From positions 87,544,001-87,608,000 of the forward strand of contig OX597819.1 of NCBI GenBank assembly GCA_951406725.2: a stretch of 64,000 nt of DNA. The letters run 5' to 3'. This document shows, in pieces, positions 51,340 through 64,000 of the stretch; position 1 is the first letter of the stretch; every line of letters starts with the position of its first letter. A model generated the notes under the pieces. It saw only the letters and a list, made by a program, of their open reading frames with translations. It did not search any database and was not told where the DNA came from. The position numbers and the translations under genes were made by a program. This DNA is from Octopus vulgaris (lineage: Eukaryota).

Positions 51340-51722
51340 TAGTTGTATCAGTCATTAGACCGCAGCATGCTGAGGCACCCCCTGAAAAAATATTTAGGCC
51401 AATAAATCAACCCCACCACAGTACTTGGTTTTTAAAGCCTTCTACTTATTTTATCAGTCTCTTTTGCCGAACCACTAAGTTATGAGGACGTAAACATACC
51501 AACATCAGTTGTCAAGTGGTGGTGGGGGTGACAAACACAGATACAAACACACTCACACATATATACGACGGGTTTCTTTCAGTTTCCGTCAACCAAATCC
51601 ACGCACAAGGCTTTGGTCGGCCCGAGACTATAGTAGATAACATTTGCCCAAAGTGCCATGCAGAGGGATTGAACCCCGAACCATATGGTTAGGAACGAAG
51701 CTTCTTACCACACAGTCACGCC
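51340..51722 (-). mobile_element. SINE family B
   Basis: Consensus match. Confidence 0.85.
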
Positions 51723-52869
51723 TGAGCATTCGTTCCTGATTTCACACACGCATACACACACACTCAGACATACATACGTGTCTATATATTTTCATGTGTA
51801 TATAGATGAGTGTGCGCGCGCGCGTGCAGTGTGTGTGTGTGTGTGTCTGTGTGTGTGTGTATGGGATCAAGATCAGAAGGTTGCTTCTCTACAGATACCT
51901 CTTTGTCTTCTCTACACTAACCATCATACAACATAAGCACGTGATTCGAGAATCAAAAGGAGGCACAAGTGATGTTTTTTCCGGCGCCGTATTTACTATG
52001 GCGTAAATTGTATATTTTAATAGTAGTTCTTTTTAAAAGACAAAAATCAGTGTTGAATCTTGCATTTTCCTGCTGTTTTAATTGTATGTAAATTGTTTGT
52101 TTATATTGTTTACTGATCTTTCGTGTTAAGTAGATACGTTTACATATGCTAATATATGTTAATTAATTGCTATTAAAAGACCAATAAATCGACCCCACCG
52201 TAGTACTTGCTTGTTTTTTAAATGCTTCTACTATGTCTAAAATGGATTGTTGCTTCTCAAAGTGCACTATTGTATTTTAATACATATATAATACATTTAT
52301 TTTATTTGGTTAACAAAGCTTGCTCTTTGCTTAAATTACACTACTATTTCTATTTTGTCTCAGAATACAAATGCATGTATAGTTCTAAAGAGATTCGTAA
52401 GGTACAGAGGTAACTTAAAGTATGACGATCAGATATCCGGAAAATTCATTTTCCAGCAACATTCTGCCTCAGTAGTGCCTGATAGGCGGGAGTTCACTGT
52501 GAATACATACATACATACATACATACATACATACATACATACATACATACATACATACATACATACATACATACATAAAAAAAACATACATACATATATA
52601 CATGAGTAGATGAAACCATGGCGACTGAAGAAGGGGAATTTTCCTTGTGTTATTTGTCCTGTACTCTATTTTTTCGTTGTTTAAGAAAAATGTCCAGTTC
52701 CTTGGTTTTGTGTTTATGTTTTCGTTTCTCATTGTGTTCGACATTTTTTTATATGCATGTATATATACATGTAGAGGTAGGTACGTACATATATGTATGT
52801 ATATATGTTTTATTTATTAATTTATTATATATGTATGTATATATGCATATGTTTTATTTATTAATTTAT

Positions 52870-52959
<90 letters not shown>

Positions 52960-53494
52960 GCACATTTAATATAGTTGTGAGGTCAGCCCTAAGGGAGTTT
53001 CTTATTACACATTCAGCACTTAACATGTCTTAATATTTTATCAGTTAGACAATGGAGTGGGCGCCATTGTTGGGCTGTGCTTAGGGCATTAGTTAGCCTT
53101 AATCCTGCCCTTTTATCTTGGAAGACAGGATGTGTGTAAATTGTACTTCATGCTTGTCAGCGAGCGTGTGCCTAGGTATACGGACGTGGATGTATATAGG
53201 TATGTTAAGCATTGTTTGTGGAAGAAACTGTTGGATGTGGCAGGATGCAACTGTTTGCTTGATCGACAGTTTGTTAACTCTTTGATAAAGGATTAGTCTC
53301 TAAGTCAAAACTTCCAATAAAAAAATCTGTTAAGTAAATGCTTGTAGCTAAAAGCTTTGAATTATGTGTGCGTGCGTGCGTTTGTGTGTTTGTGTGTGTG
53401 TGGGGGGTAGTCATATACCAAAACATATATATTATATTTTTCCGGTTGACAATACTTCTTCCGTTTAGGGTATTATATATATGACGGTCATCCA

Positions 53495-53679
53495 TAGTTT
53501 CCAGTTTCTGTCTACGAAGTTCTCTCATAAGGTTTTGGTCGGTCTCTTGCTTAGGGTATAGCGCAGGGGAACTGAACACAAAAGTAGAAGACACTTGCCG
53601 AAGGTGCCACGCAGTGGGACTGAACCCGGAACCATGTGGTTAGGAAGCAAACTTCTTAGCACACAGCCACTCCTGCGCC
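53495..53679 (-). mobile_element. SINE family B 5' half
   Basis: Head ggcgcaggagtggctgtgtg...ggttcagtcccactgcgtggcacc. Confidence 0.85.
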
Positions 53680-53685
53680 TGTAAG

Positions 53686-53738
<53 letters not shown>

Positions 53739-53887
53739 TGTATGTATGTATGTATGTATGTATGTATGTATGTATGTATAAACGTCGCACACATACTAAA
53801 TAGGAACAGGTTTATTGACAGACTGCCGTAACATTGATTGAAGAGTATTAATTAAGAAACCGTTCTTTCCTAATGATAAAACGTTAC

Positions 53888-53967
53888 TTAGCTATGACTC
53901 ATGGATGTTGACCAGCATGGACGCGTCCGATGGCTTGCTCTCTCTGATTTCATGTCAGTCTTTGCAT
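53888..53967 (-). pseudogene. Tc1-type transposase N-terminal remnant
   Basis: MQRLT*NQREQAIGRVHAGQ (cf. MPRL..NQRERAIG.L.AG). Confidence 0.5.
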
Positions 53968-53993
53968 GCTTGCTGCGTTCGGGAAACGAATAA

Positions 53994-55680
53994 TTTATTG
54001 CCTGCCAGAGGCCAACACAGAGGGGGACAATACAAATAAACGTGGGGTCACGGATGATAGTTACATTAAAGTGACGATACAGAAAGAATTTATGACATAA
54101 AACGGATGAAACACAACGCAATGGGACAATACAATGAAGTAGGAGCCGGGTTCAGCTTCGATTCCGCAAGCCCCGGTCCGCCACTGAAGCCTTGCCTTAC
54201 TTCTATGGCTTACAATCGAAAGGAGTCACTCATTCTCAGCTCTCGCGTCGCATCCTTCCATCTTTTTCCATATATATCACGCGATAGACACCTCTTCTCC
54301 AGTCTTATTTTCCTTTTAAGATGAAGAATAAAAATGCTCACTAGAGCGAGACCGGAGTTGAAGGTGCCTGTCGCTACTCCTTTCATTCGCGTCTTCCAAA
54401 CCACCTCTTTTGCTTTAAAGACCACAGCAAGAAAAGAAACCTTTCTTCTCGATGATCAAAGAAGGAAGGTGGAACAATCTTAATAAGTGACTCGGAGGAC
54501 TGTTGTACTCCTCCTAGACATGACAGCTGTTCGACGTAAACCCACATTTCCGATATTCTTGTGCACTGCACAATCACGTGCAGAACGGTTTTGTCGTTCT
54601 GCTGGCACCTTGGGTACATGGGCAGGCAAGAAGCACCATGCCTTGCGGGTTTATCGCAAACTGGTAAAGCCTCTCGGTAACATTGCGAAGCCAGAGACTT
54701 TTGGAAATTATCCAAAGGCTCTGGCCCGAATGTCCTTCAGAACAGACCAGAGAATATCGTCAAGGCCCAGGGTTTCCCTCCAGGACGTCGTCGGACTTGC
54801 CCTCTACCAACCCTCTATAAAAGAATGAGGTGGAACCCCCTCCGATGGCATTACCCGTGTGAGAGAGGAGCACGAGAGCTTGACGGCACTCGGCTTGCCA
54901 TGCTCCCAACGTTAGTCTTCGCTTGATCACCGAAACTAGTAAACCTGGGAAGCATCAGTTTAACGAACGGAGACCACACCTGCTCACCATCCAGGTAGAT
55001 CCACAGATATTTCAGCCTCAGCGCATGTCTGCGCTTCAACAGCCAAAGCATCCATAGCCCACCCTTTAGTGGGTGTTGGCAGCAGATAGATCACCTTACA
55101 AGCGGATCACCGCCCCTCCACAAAATGCGGAAGTGTAAGCGCTCCAGCTTGCTTAACCACGAAGCGGGTCAAGGCACGACGATTAAGCGGTAGGTGATCA
55201 CAGATGCGATAAACGCGTTTGCGACCTCCCTTCAAGTGATAGCCACCGCTCGGACCAGGTCCAAGTTACTTCGCTCCATTTCTTCTCTATCTGGAGGTCC
55301 GGTCCAAACCAGACCCCTAGCATTTTAACCGGTCCCATTGTCCAACGTCCGACGACGCTATTGGGTGGCATCGACTAGCCCCTCCAGGTGCCGAGTTGCC
55401 AGCCGACTGATTTCTCCCGGTTAATTTTTGCTCCTGCCGCTGCCTCATAATCCTTGATGGCCGCACCTTCAAGAGCCAACATATACATAAGTGGGGAGAG
55501 GGGAGACCATTGACATACCGATCGCTTGATTGAGAATGATTTCGAGAAGAAACCGTTCATCCGAACGATCGAATCGATGTTGCTATAAAGAGCAATGATC
55601 CACCTGAGAAAGATCGGGCCCAACCCGACCGCCGCGAGGACCGATATCAGATACCGATGGTCAACCCTATCGAAAGCCTT
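53994..55680 (-). pseudogene. 5'-truncated Tx1/L1-like LINE (RT to zinc knuckle plus 3' UTR), decayed
   Basis: KAFDRVDH...GLGPIFLRWI..LY...RSVCQWSPLSPLMY.LALE joined directly to YEAAAGAKINREKS (YADD segment deleted). DNFQKSLA.QCYR.ALPV.DK...PRC...TVLH..QC. 3' end with AATAAA at 53994. Confidence 0.9.
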
Positions 55681-55856
55681 AGATGCGGCACGTTAGATTT
55701 TGATTATGGCTTTGAATTCTTTCAATCGTTAGTCAGCACACTGAAGGGTGTGCTTAGATTAACTAGCAATAATAATACACACACACCACATAAACACACA
55801 CACACACTCTCTCTCTCTCCCTCTCTCTTTCTCCCTCTCTCTTTCTCTCTCTCTCT

Positions 55857-55888
<32 letters not shown>

Positions 55889-56084
55889 ATTTCTCTCTCT
55901 CTCTCTTTCTCTCTCTCTCTTTCTCTCTTTCTCCAATTTCGTCTTTGTCTCTGAGTGGATTGGAGAATTTGACGAGGAAGTGACCAAAGAGAAAAGTACC
56001 CAACTTCAGTTCTTTTAATTGTGTCTATCATACAACCTTTTACTCCTAAGCCCCAGACAAAAGAGAGCTGCTAGCTCTTCTCAG

Positions 56085-56400
56085 TCATGGGAAAATGGGG
56101 CAGACGTTCCACGCGATGGCATTGGCTAATAGCCGAGTCCGTCTTTGAAGCGACCCCAAATGTCGGACATAACACCGCAAGTCAGCATTTTTCGGACAGG
56201 CCCAACTGCCAATACTACCTTGACTGTTGAGTTTATCCCGAGCCAGCAAGTCCACCTTCACCGATATCACTGCCAGATTACGGACTTCTGGAAGTTGTCG
56301 GTAGTTTTCACGGTGAAAATTCTTCCAGACTAAACTGTGCAACTGACATTTGCCGTCGCCTAGATTTTCCTCCAGAATATCGTTGCTCTTTTTCATCACC
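56085..56400 (-). pseudogene. Second Tx1-like C-terminal fragment (divergent family)
   Basis: TDNFQKSVIWQ*YR...RDKL..QGS...WACPK parallels DNFQKSLASQCYR...DK at ~54700. Confidence 0.65.
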
Positions 56401-56424
56401 AATTTTCTATATGAACCAAAGAAT

Positions 56425-56632
56425 AGCCTCTACATGCTTACTCAATGAGGTAGAATTAGTAGCTAAATCTCCCTCGAATAAAACTCTACTATCTTAGAAA
56501 AAGACTTGTTACATAAACTTGATCTAGGTACATAGAAAAAAAGATAGGACGTTCATGGCTGGAATGCCTTTCATTAAAGCTCGATCACAGCTGGCCAGGG
56601 GTTAAAGGATAACAACAGCAACAACAACAACA
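56425..56632 (+). mobile_element. Family C repeat
   Basis: gtagctaaatctccctc...catggctggaatgcctt...ggggttaa...(AAC)n. Confidence 0.65.
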
Positions 56633-57341
56633 AAACCTTTATAGAATAAAATAAAGGTTAAATACTACCTCATATTTCTCAATTGAAACGGAACTGTAAG
56701 CGCATGATATTTCTGCTGGCAAGCACCCAACCTTGATTTTCACTAGACACTACGTTTTCACTATAGGCACAAGGCCAAAAATATGTTTGAGACGAAGAAA
56801 GAACAGTCAATTAGATTGCCTGTTGTACTTGACAAGCAATCAAGAAAGCATAACTGAATTACTGTTCCTTTCTACATGTGTGAGTTTACTTTCACGTGTC
56901 GTAAGTGGGTCACGTTTAAAAGATTTATAATGTTATCCCTGATTACATCTGCTGAGGTAAGTCTCTTATTACGAACTATTACTGTCCAATTAAATATTTG
57001 AAAGTTGTCCGGCAATGCAGATTATTCATGATCAACTATATGTGACCTGCTTTTCATTAATCTCTTGTCTCCTCCCTTTTTTCTATTTTCTGTGCCCTGT
57101 ATGAACTTGAATTAGCATGCAGCAAAATTTGTGCTTATGGCTTTTGTTATTTTTGTTAAAAAAAATTGGAGTTTATTGTTTAGGTAAAATAGAAACAGCA
57201 ATGTCGTAGATGGTGTGCATGAATTATCTTATATCGATATATTTCCATCAGTATCTTCACATCTCTCACATCAATATTTTATCTAATTAATGAATTAAAA
57301 TAGTCGAAAATGAAAGCTACATTCCAAAAGCACTTGCATAC

Positions 57342-57411
57342 CTGAGTATTTTGCTGTCGCAAAGCGTGCAGCACCGTCTGCCGAGCGCTCTGGTTGTCGG
57401 GCGGACGCCGG
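57342..57411 (-). other. Candidate 70-nt exon
   Basis: ~40-nt pyrimidine tract + ccag|C acceptor, CAG|gtatgc donor, GC/CpG-rich against AT-rich flanks; all three frames open. Confidence 0.45.
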
Positions 57412-59084
57412 CTGGATGAGAGAGAGATGGAAAGAGAGAAAGGAGAGAAAAGAAAGAATGAAGGAAATTATGTAAGAGTGAATGAAAGAGAGAAAAAAAG
57501 AAGGCAGGTGGCCGAGCTGACAGAGGTACAAATATATTTTCAAAATGTGTTCTTTAATTTCAGGAACGACTGAGCAGGAGTACTCGAGTAGGCTTGAAGC
57601 ATGAAAAATAAGTAAGAAAGTGGAAGATAGGGTGCTAAAGTACATCTGTTAATGAAAATTATATTTGCAGTGAAGAGGAGGAAAATCATTCTCTAAATAA
57701 CTACTGTATTAGCTGGCGTATTAGATACGTTTTTCTTTTCTTTTTTGTTTCAAAAAATTGCTCTGCGACTTATGCGGTACATTGCGGATGAAGGGCCGAG
57801 TGTTGTAGGCCAAGGAGCTGGATAAGCATAAGTCCGCTTGGCACAATCATTTTTACTAATAATCGAATATTGAAAACAAGCCAAAAATACTTTGGTCTGT
57901 GACCACAAACTTAAGAAAAATTGTTTATGGTACGTCAACAGTTATGTGGAGAAGTCACATCATCTCATCGTACCTCCCTTCTCAGCATACATAATCCACA
58001 CCTCATATCAATTAATGACTGAGTTACCTTTAAGAAACATTTTTTAATTATTTAGAGGAAAATTCTTCTAGAAAGATGAAAGGAATGTCAAACTTCCTTC
58101 TATCAGCTATTTGCAATGAGTAGGTGCCAACAAAACCATAGTAGTGATGCTCTACCCTAGTGGCTGATTGCAGTAGCACCATATATCATAGTCAAAAATA
58201 CGAACTTTACATCTTGAACGGGAATTCTCTTGATCAAAATATACACAACTATACAGATGATCCCAAAGAAGATAAGACCGAAACACGGCACTCATATGGC
58301 TTAGTTTTTATGTGATAAAATTTACAGTTTTATGCTTTATTCCAGTATCGTATTTATCATTTTATGCTTTATTCCAGCTTCGTATATACATGCACAGAAT
58401 CATACATTTATTCCCTACAAAACTACTTTATAATATCTTTTAATAAATATAAAATCAAATATAGATTCGTTTTTTTTTCTCCCGTCACAACATACACTTG
58501 TAAAATCAGGGTGCATCTTACATGAGGGTTTCTTATTTACTGACAAATACGATAGAGCAACCATGGTATCTCTCAACAACATTTATGTGCTGTTGAGAGA
58601 GAGTCTAATCTTTAAGTGTACGGAGCCAACTCCTGATATGTTTCGTCTTATTATATCTCATCAGCAAAACGTAGCTTTACTGTAATGCCATAGTTTAAAA
58701 GATATCAAGGAGAAAATATAAGATGTTAGTAAATGAAATTAAGTTCTTTTTATAAGTTTGGTCAAAAACATTGGGCTGTGCCCATAGCTTTCGCAGACCT
58801 TCCGAGGCGAGCGAGATGGACTAATTAACGCTCTTCTTAGATATTTGCAAGGTAATGGCAGTAGGAAAGACATGAGAATGTAGGAGGGGGCATCGAGGAC
58901 CGACAATGATTGATTAAATTTATATTATCAATTATTTGATATACCTTATTTTGGAGTTTCAGAATATCCATCATATGTTGGTTAGTTTCTAATTAATTCA
59001 ATTAATGAAGTCTCAACGAACGCATTGTGATGAAAATCACTCGAAATTATTTAGCCAAGTTATAATACCTTATGACTAAAAATA

Positions 59085-59596
59085 CCGTAAATCCTCGAGT
59101 ATAGTCCACCCTTGAGTATAATGCGCAGGGGATTTTTAGGGGCTGTAACTCTGAAAAACCTAAACTTTGTGTATAATACGCACCCATTCTCTAACTTGAG
59201 TCAAGGAGGTCTATATAACGTCTTTGGTTTGTAAAAATGTATACGGTAACGTACTTTATTATTATTGTATATATACCATAATGCAAACGTGTAGCTTTTT
59301 TGTGCATTTTGTTTGCAGAAAATAAAGAAATAACAGTAATAACGTTTAATAAATGTTGCTAATTGCAAAGTATTACTTTAGATGATTCTTTTATGACTTC
59401 ATTGCTTTCAGGCTTAGCTTAAGATATTTTCTCGCCCGACATCACAAAATGCGTCTGAATAAACATTGCCGGACATCAAATAGAGACTCGAACTTAGAAA
59501 ATAATTTTCATTTTTAACCTCGTGTATAATACGCACTAGGGATTTTGACCATTAAATTTTGGGGGGGAAATGCGGATTATGCTCGAGGATTTACGG
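59085..59596. mobile_element. Tc2/pogo-like MITE
   Basis: TA TSD; TIR CCGTAAATCCTCGAG(T/C)ATA(G/A)TCC; internal gtataatacgcac sub-repeats. Confidence 0.9.
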
Positions 59597-60066
59597 TACT
59601 TATAAGGTAAAGCTCTTTCGTGTGTCCCCCTTCTTTCTTTTTCATAAAAAAATATACTTTTCCTTAATTATCGCTCGCTTTATCGATCAAAGAGCTTAAT
59701 TATTTTAATACTTTTGTTACCATATTTCTATTAAACTCCACACTTTCTGTTTCAAATGATTTTGAAAATAATGTAAAATGATTTTACCATAAATGTCTGA
59801 AACATGAATTAAAATGAAACTTTGACAGATGATATTACTTTAGATCACTTCAATACAAGACGTTTGTATTATAAAGGCAGTCTCATGTAGGTTTGGATCA
59901 AAAGAGTTAAATGAATTTAAATGTCTTTTTGATAGCGATGTTTACTGGGCACAGAAACTGCTTCACTGGTTACTATGCAGGATTTTAATGTGCTCTTTTG
60001 CCCATTGCTTTTGCGTGTATGTATGTTGTTGTGCATGTGGATAAGTTTCTATTATCTTATCTAATA

Positions 60067-60478
60067 GGCGCAGGAGTGACTGTGTGGTAAGTAGCTTGCT
60101 TACCAACCACATGGTTCCGGGTTCAGTCCCACTGCGTGGCGCCTTGGGCAAGTGTCTTCTACTATAGCCTCGGGCCGACCAAAGCCTTGTGAGTGGATTT
60201 GGTAGACGAAAACTGAAAGAAGCCCGTCGTATATATGTATATATATATATATATGTGCGTGTATGTTTGTGTGTCTGTGTTTGTCCCCCTAGCATTGCTT
60301 GACAATCGATGCTGGTGTGTTTATGTCCCCGTTACTTAGCGGTTCGGCAAAAGAGACCGATAGAATAAGTACTGGGCTTACAAAGAATAAGTCCCGGGGT
60401 CGAGTTGCTCGACTAAAGGCGGTGCTCCAGCATGGCCGCAGTCAACTGACTGAAACAAGTAAAAAGAGTAAAACAAAA
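60067..60478 (+). mobile_element. SINE family B, full-length young copy
   Basis: A-box tgtggtaag, B-box ggttcagtccc, CORE-like ccttgggcaagtgtctt, internal (TA)/(TG), A-rich tail. Confidence 0.93.
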
Positions 60479-61094
60479 AGAAAAGAAAGTAATACTATTT
60501 TGGGGTTTGTTGTTATCTTCAGATTTAATACTTTACGTTTTCATTTACTTTTAGGCCGACTCCATCGTAAAGATCTCATCTCACTCCCTTCCTTTGGTCG
60601 GGTAGACAAGCTGTTTTTTCTCTGCCTGATGGCTATGGCAAAAACGTCTTGTAATGGACAAGAGACGAGATTGAAATGATTGACGTCAGACACTTTTCTC
60701 TTCGGTTAAGACTTCATCGATTAAAATTCACTTTTAAAGGAAGATGAAAGTTTAGAGGAAGCTATTACTCCGTGCTTATGAGTATTTATTGAAAAATGAG
60801 TTAGTGTAGAAAGGATGACCGAATGAGTTGGCCTGCTCTTCGCTTGTACCAGTAGGTTAGAGAATGGATGGGAGGGAGGCGCCTCCATGCGGTGCCCTTA
60901 GCATTCTAGGCGATCCAGGGTTGACGGAGTTTCTTCGTTGCCTCTGAGGGGTACTTCCTCCATTGGAAATTTTGTAAAATTTCTTAATAATTGATATTGT
61001 TTTGTCGATTACATATGTTTATGTAATTCCCCCATTGTCATTTGTCTTGCCTAAATGTTTTTCTTCCTTCCCTGTGACCAGAAAAGGAAGTAGG

Positions 61095-63371
<2,277 letters not shown>

Positions 63372-63982
63372 GTCATTTACTTTTAATCTGCATGTTTGAT
63401 GCAATCACTTGCCGGAGCACACCCAGCGCCCTAGGGCAAGTGAAGGTTAAGAGTTGTTGAAATATAGCTGAAAGCTTGGGGAGGGGAAGTAGAGAAATAT
63501 CTCCATGTAATACAACACAAGCATTTACATTGATAGGGTTTTTCTAAGGATGTGGGCAGTACTTGTTAGCACAATCTTTTGGATTTCCTTGAGACATGGT
63601 TCTCCAGGGATATTGTCTAGGTGTTTCTGACATCCCTTTTTTATCATACCTAGGGCACCTACAATAACAGGAACAGTTTTTGTTTTAAGATTCCACATCT
63701 TTTGTATTTCGATTTCCAGGTCCTTATATTTACTAAGTTTGTAAAATTCCTTTACAGATATATTGTTATCAGTGGGGACGCTTACCTCTATTAGTCTGCA
63801 GGTATTTTCTTCCCTGTCTTTAACAATTATGTCTGGTCGATTAGCCTTGATCGTTCTGTCAGTGTTGACTGGAAAATCCCAGAGGATGGTGACATTTTTA
63901 CCTTCAACAACTGGCTGAGGATGATGTTCATACCAGTTAGCAGGAGTGCCGAATTTGTAGTGTTTACATATCTTCCAATGTA
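63372..63982 (-). mobile_element. 5'-truncated R4/Dong-clade LINE (restriction-like endonuclease domain), young
   Basis: Intact frame IHWKICK...WYEHHP..V.E...ILWDF...TDRTIKANRPDII...LIEVSVP...KLSKYKDL.IEI..MW...VPVIVGALG...TAHILRK; (TAA)n on both sides. Confidence 0.93.
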
Positions 63983-64000
63983 TTATTATTATCATCATCA

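Noticed and set aside
58630-58670. Hammerhead-like CTGATGA...GAAAC on the minus strand (also ~47865-47895 + and ~3035-3070 -)
   Set aside because: Stems II/III or the core do not form convincingly.
60067-60140. tRNA-like A/B boxes (also in families A and D)
   Set aside because: No complete cloverleaf; continuous with SINE bodies.

Overview
AT-rich eukaryotic DNA, intronic or intergenic, dominated by transposons and microsatellites. The SINE families and the extreme (TA)n/(CA)n/(AAT)n/(TATG)n load suggest a coleoid cephalopod, most likely Octopus (inference from recalled repeat families; no search was run). No intact protein-coding gene, rRNA, genuine tRNA, CRISPR or prokaryote-type system is supported, and most ORFs in the track are translated microsatellites or SINEs. 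Recognisable elements: at least four SINE-like families; Tc1/mariner remnants and MITEs; hAT-, Merlin- and Tc2-like MITEs; a Helitron; and RTE, Tx1/L1-like, R4/Dong, CR1-like and Penelope-like (PLE) retroelement fragments. A few isolated exon-like segments suggest an unidentified host gene. The best leads are RNA- and TE-level: (i) several hammerhead-ribozyme folds in PLE-type repeats, including a recurring non-canonical CUGUYGA core and an inverted ribozyme pair; (ii) SINE dimers with a near-invariant junction whose first unit ends in the same 3' tail as the Tx1-like LINE in this window; (iii) two unrelated GG-terminal MITEs that both carry central TTAGGG repeats; (iv) R4/Dong elements inserted in the (TAA)n tails of SINEs. 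Boundaries of degenerate repeats are approximate (tens of bp).
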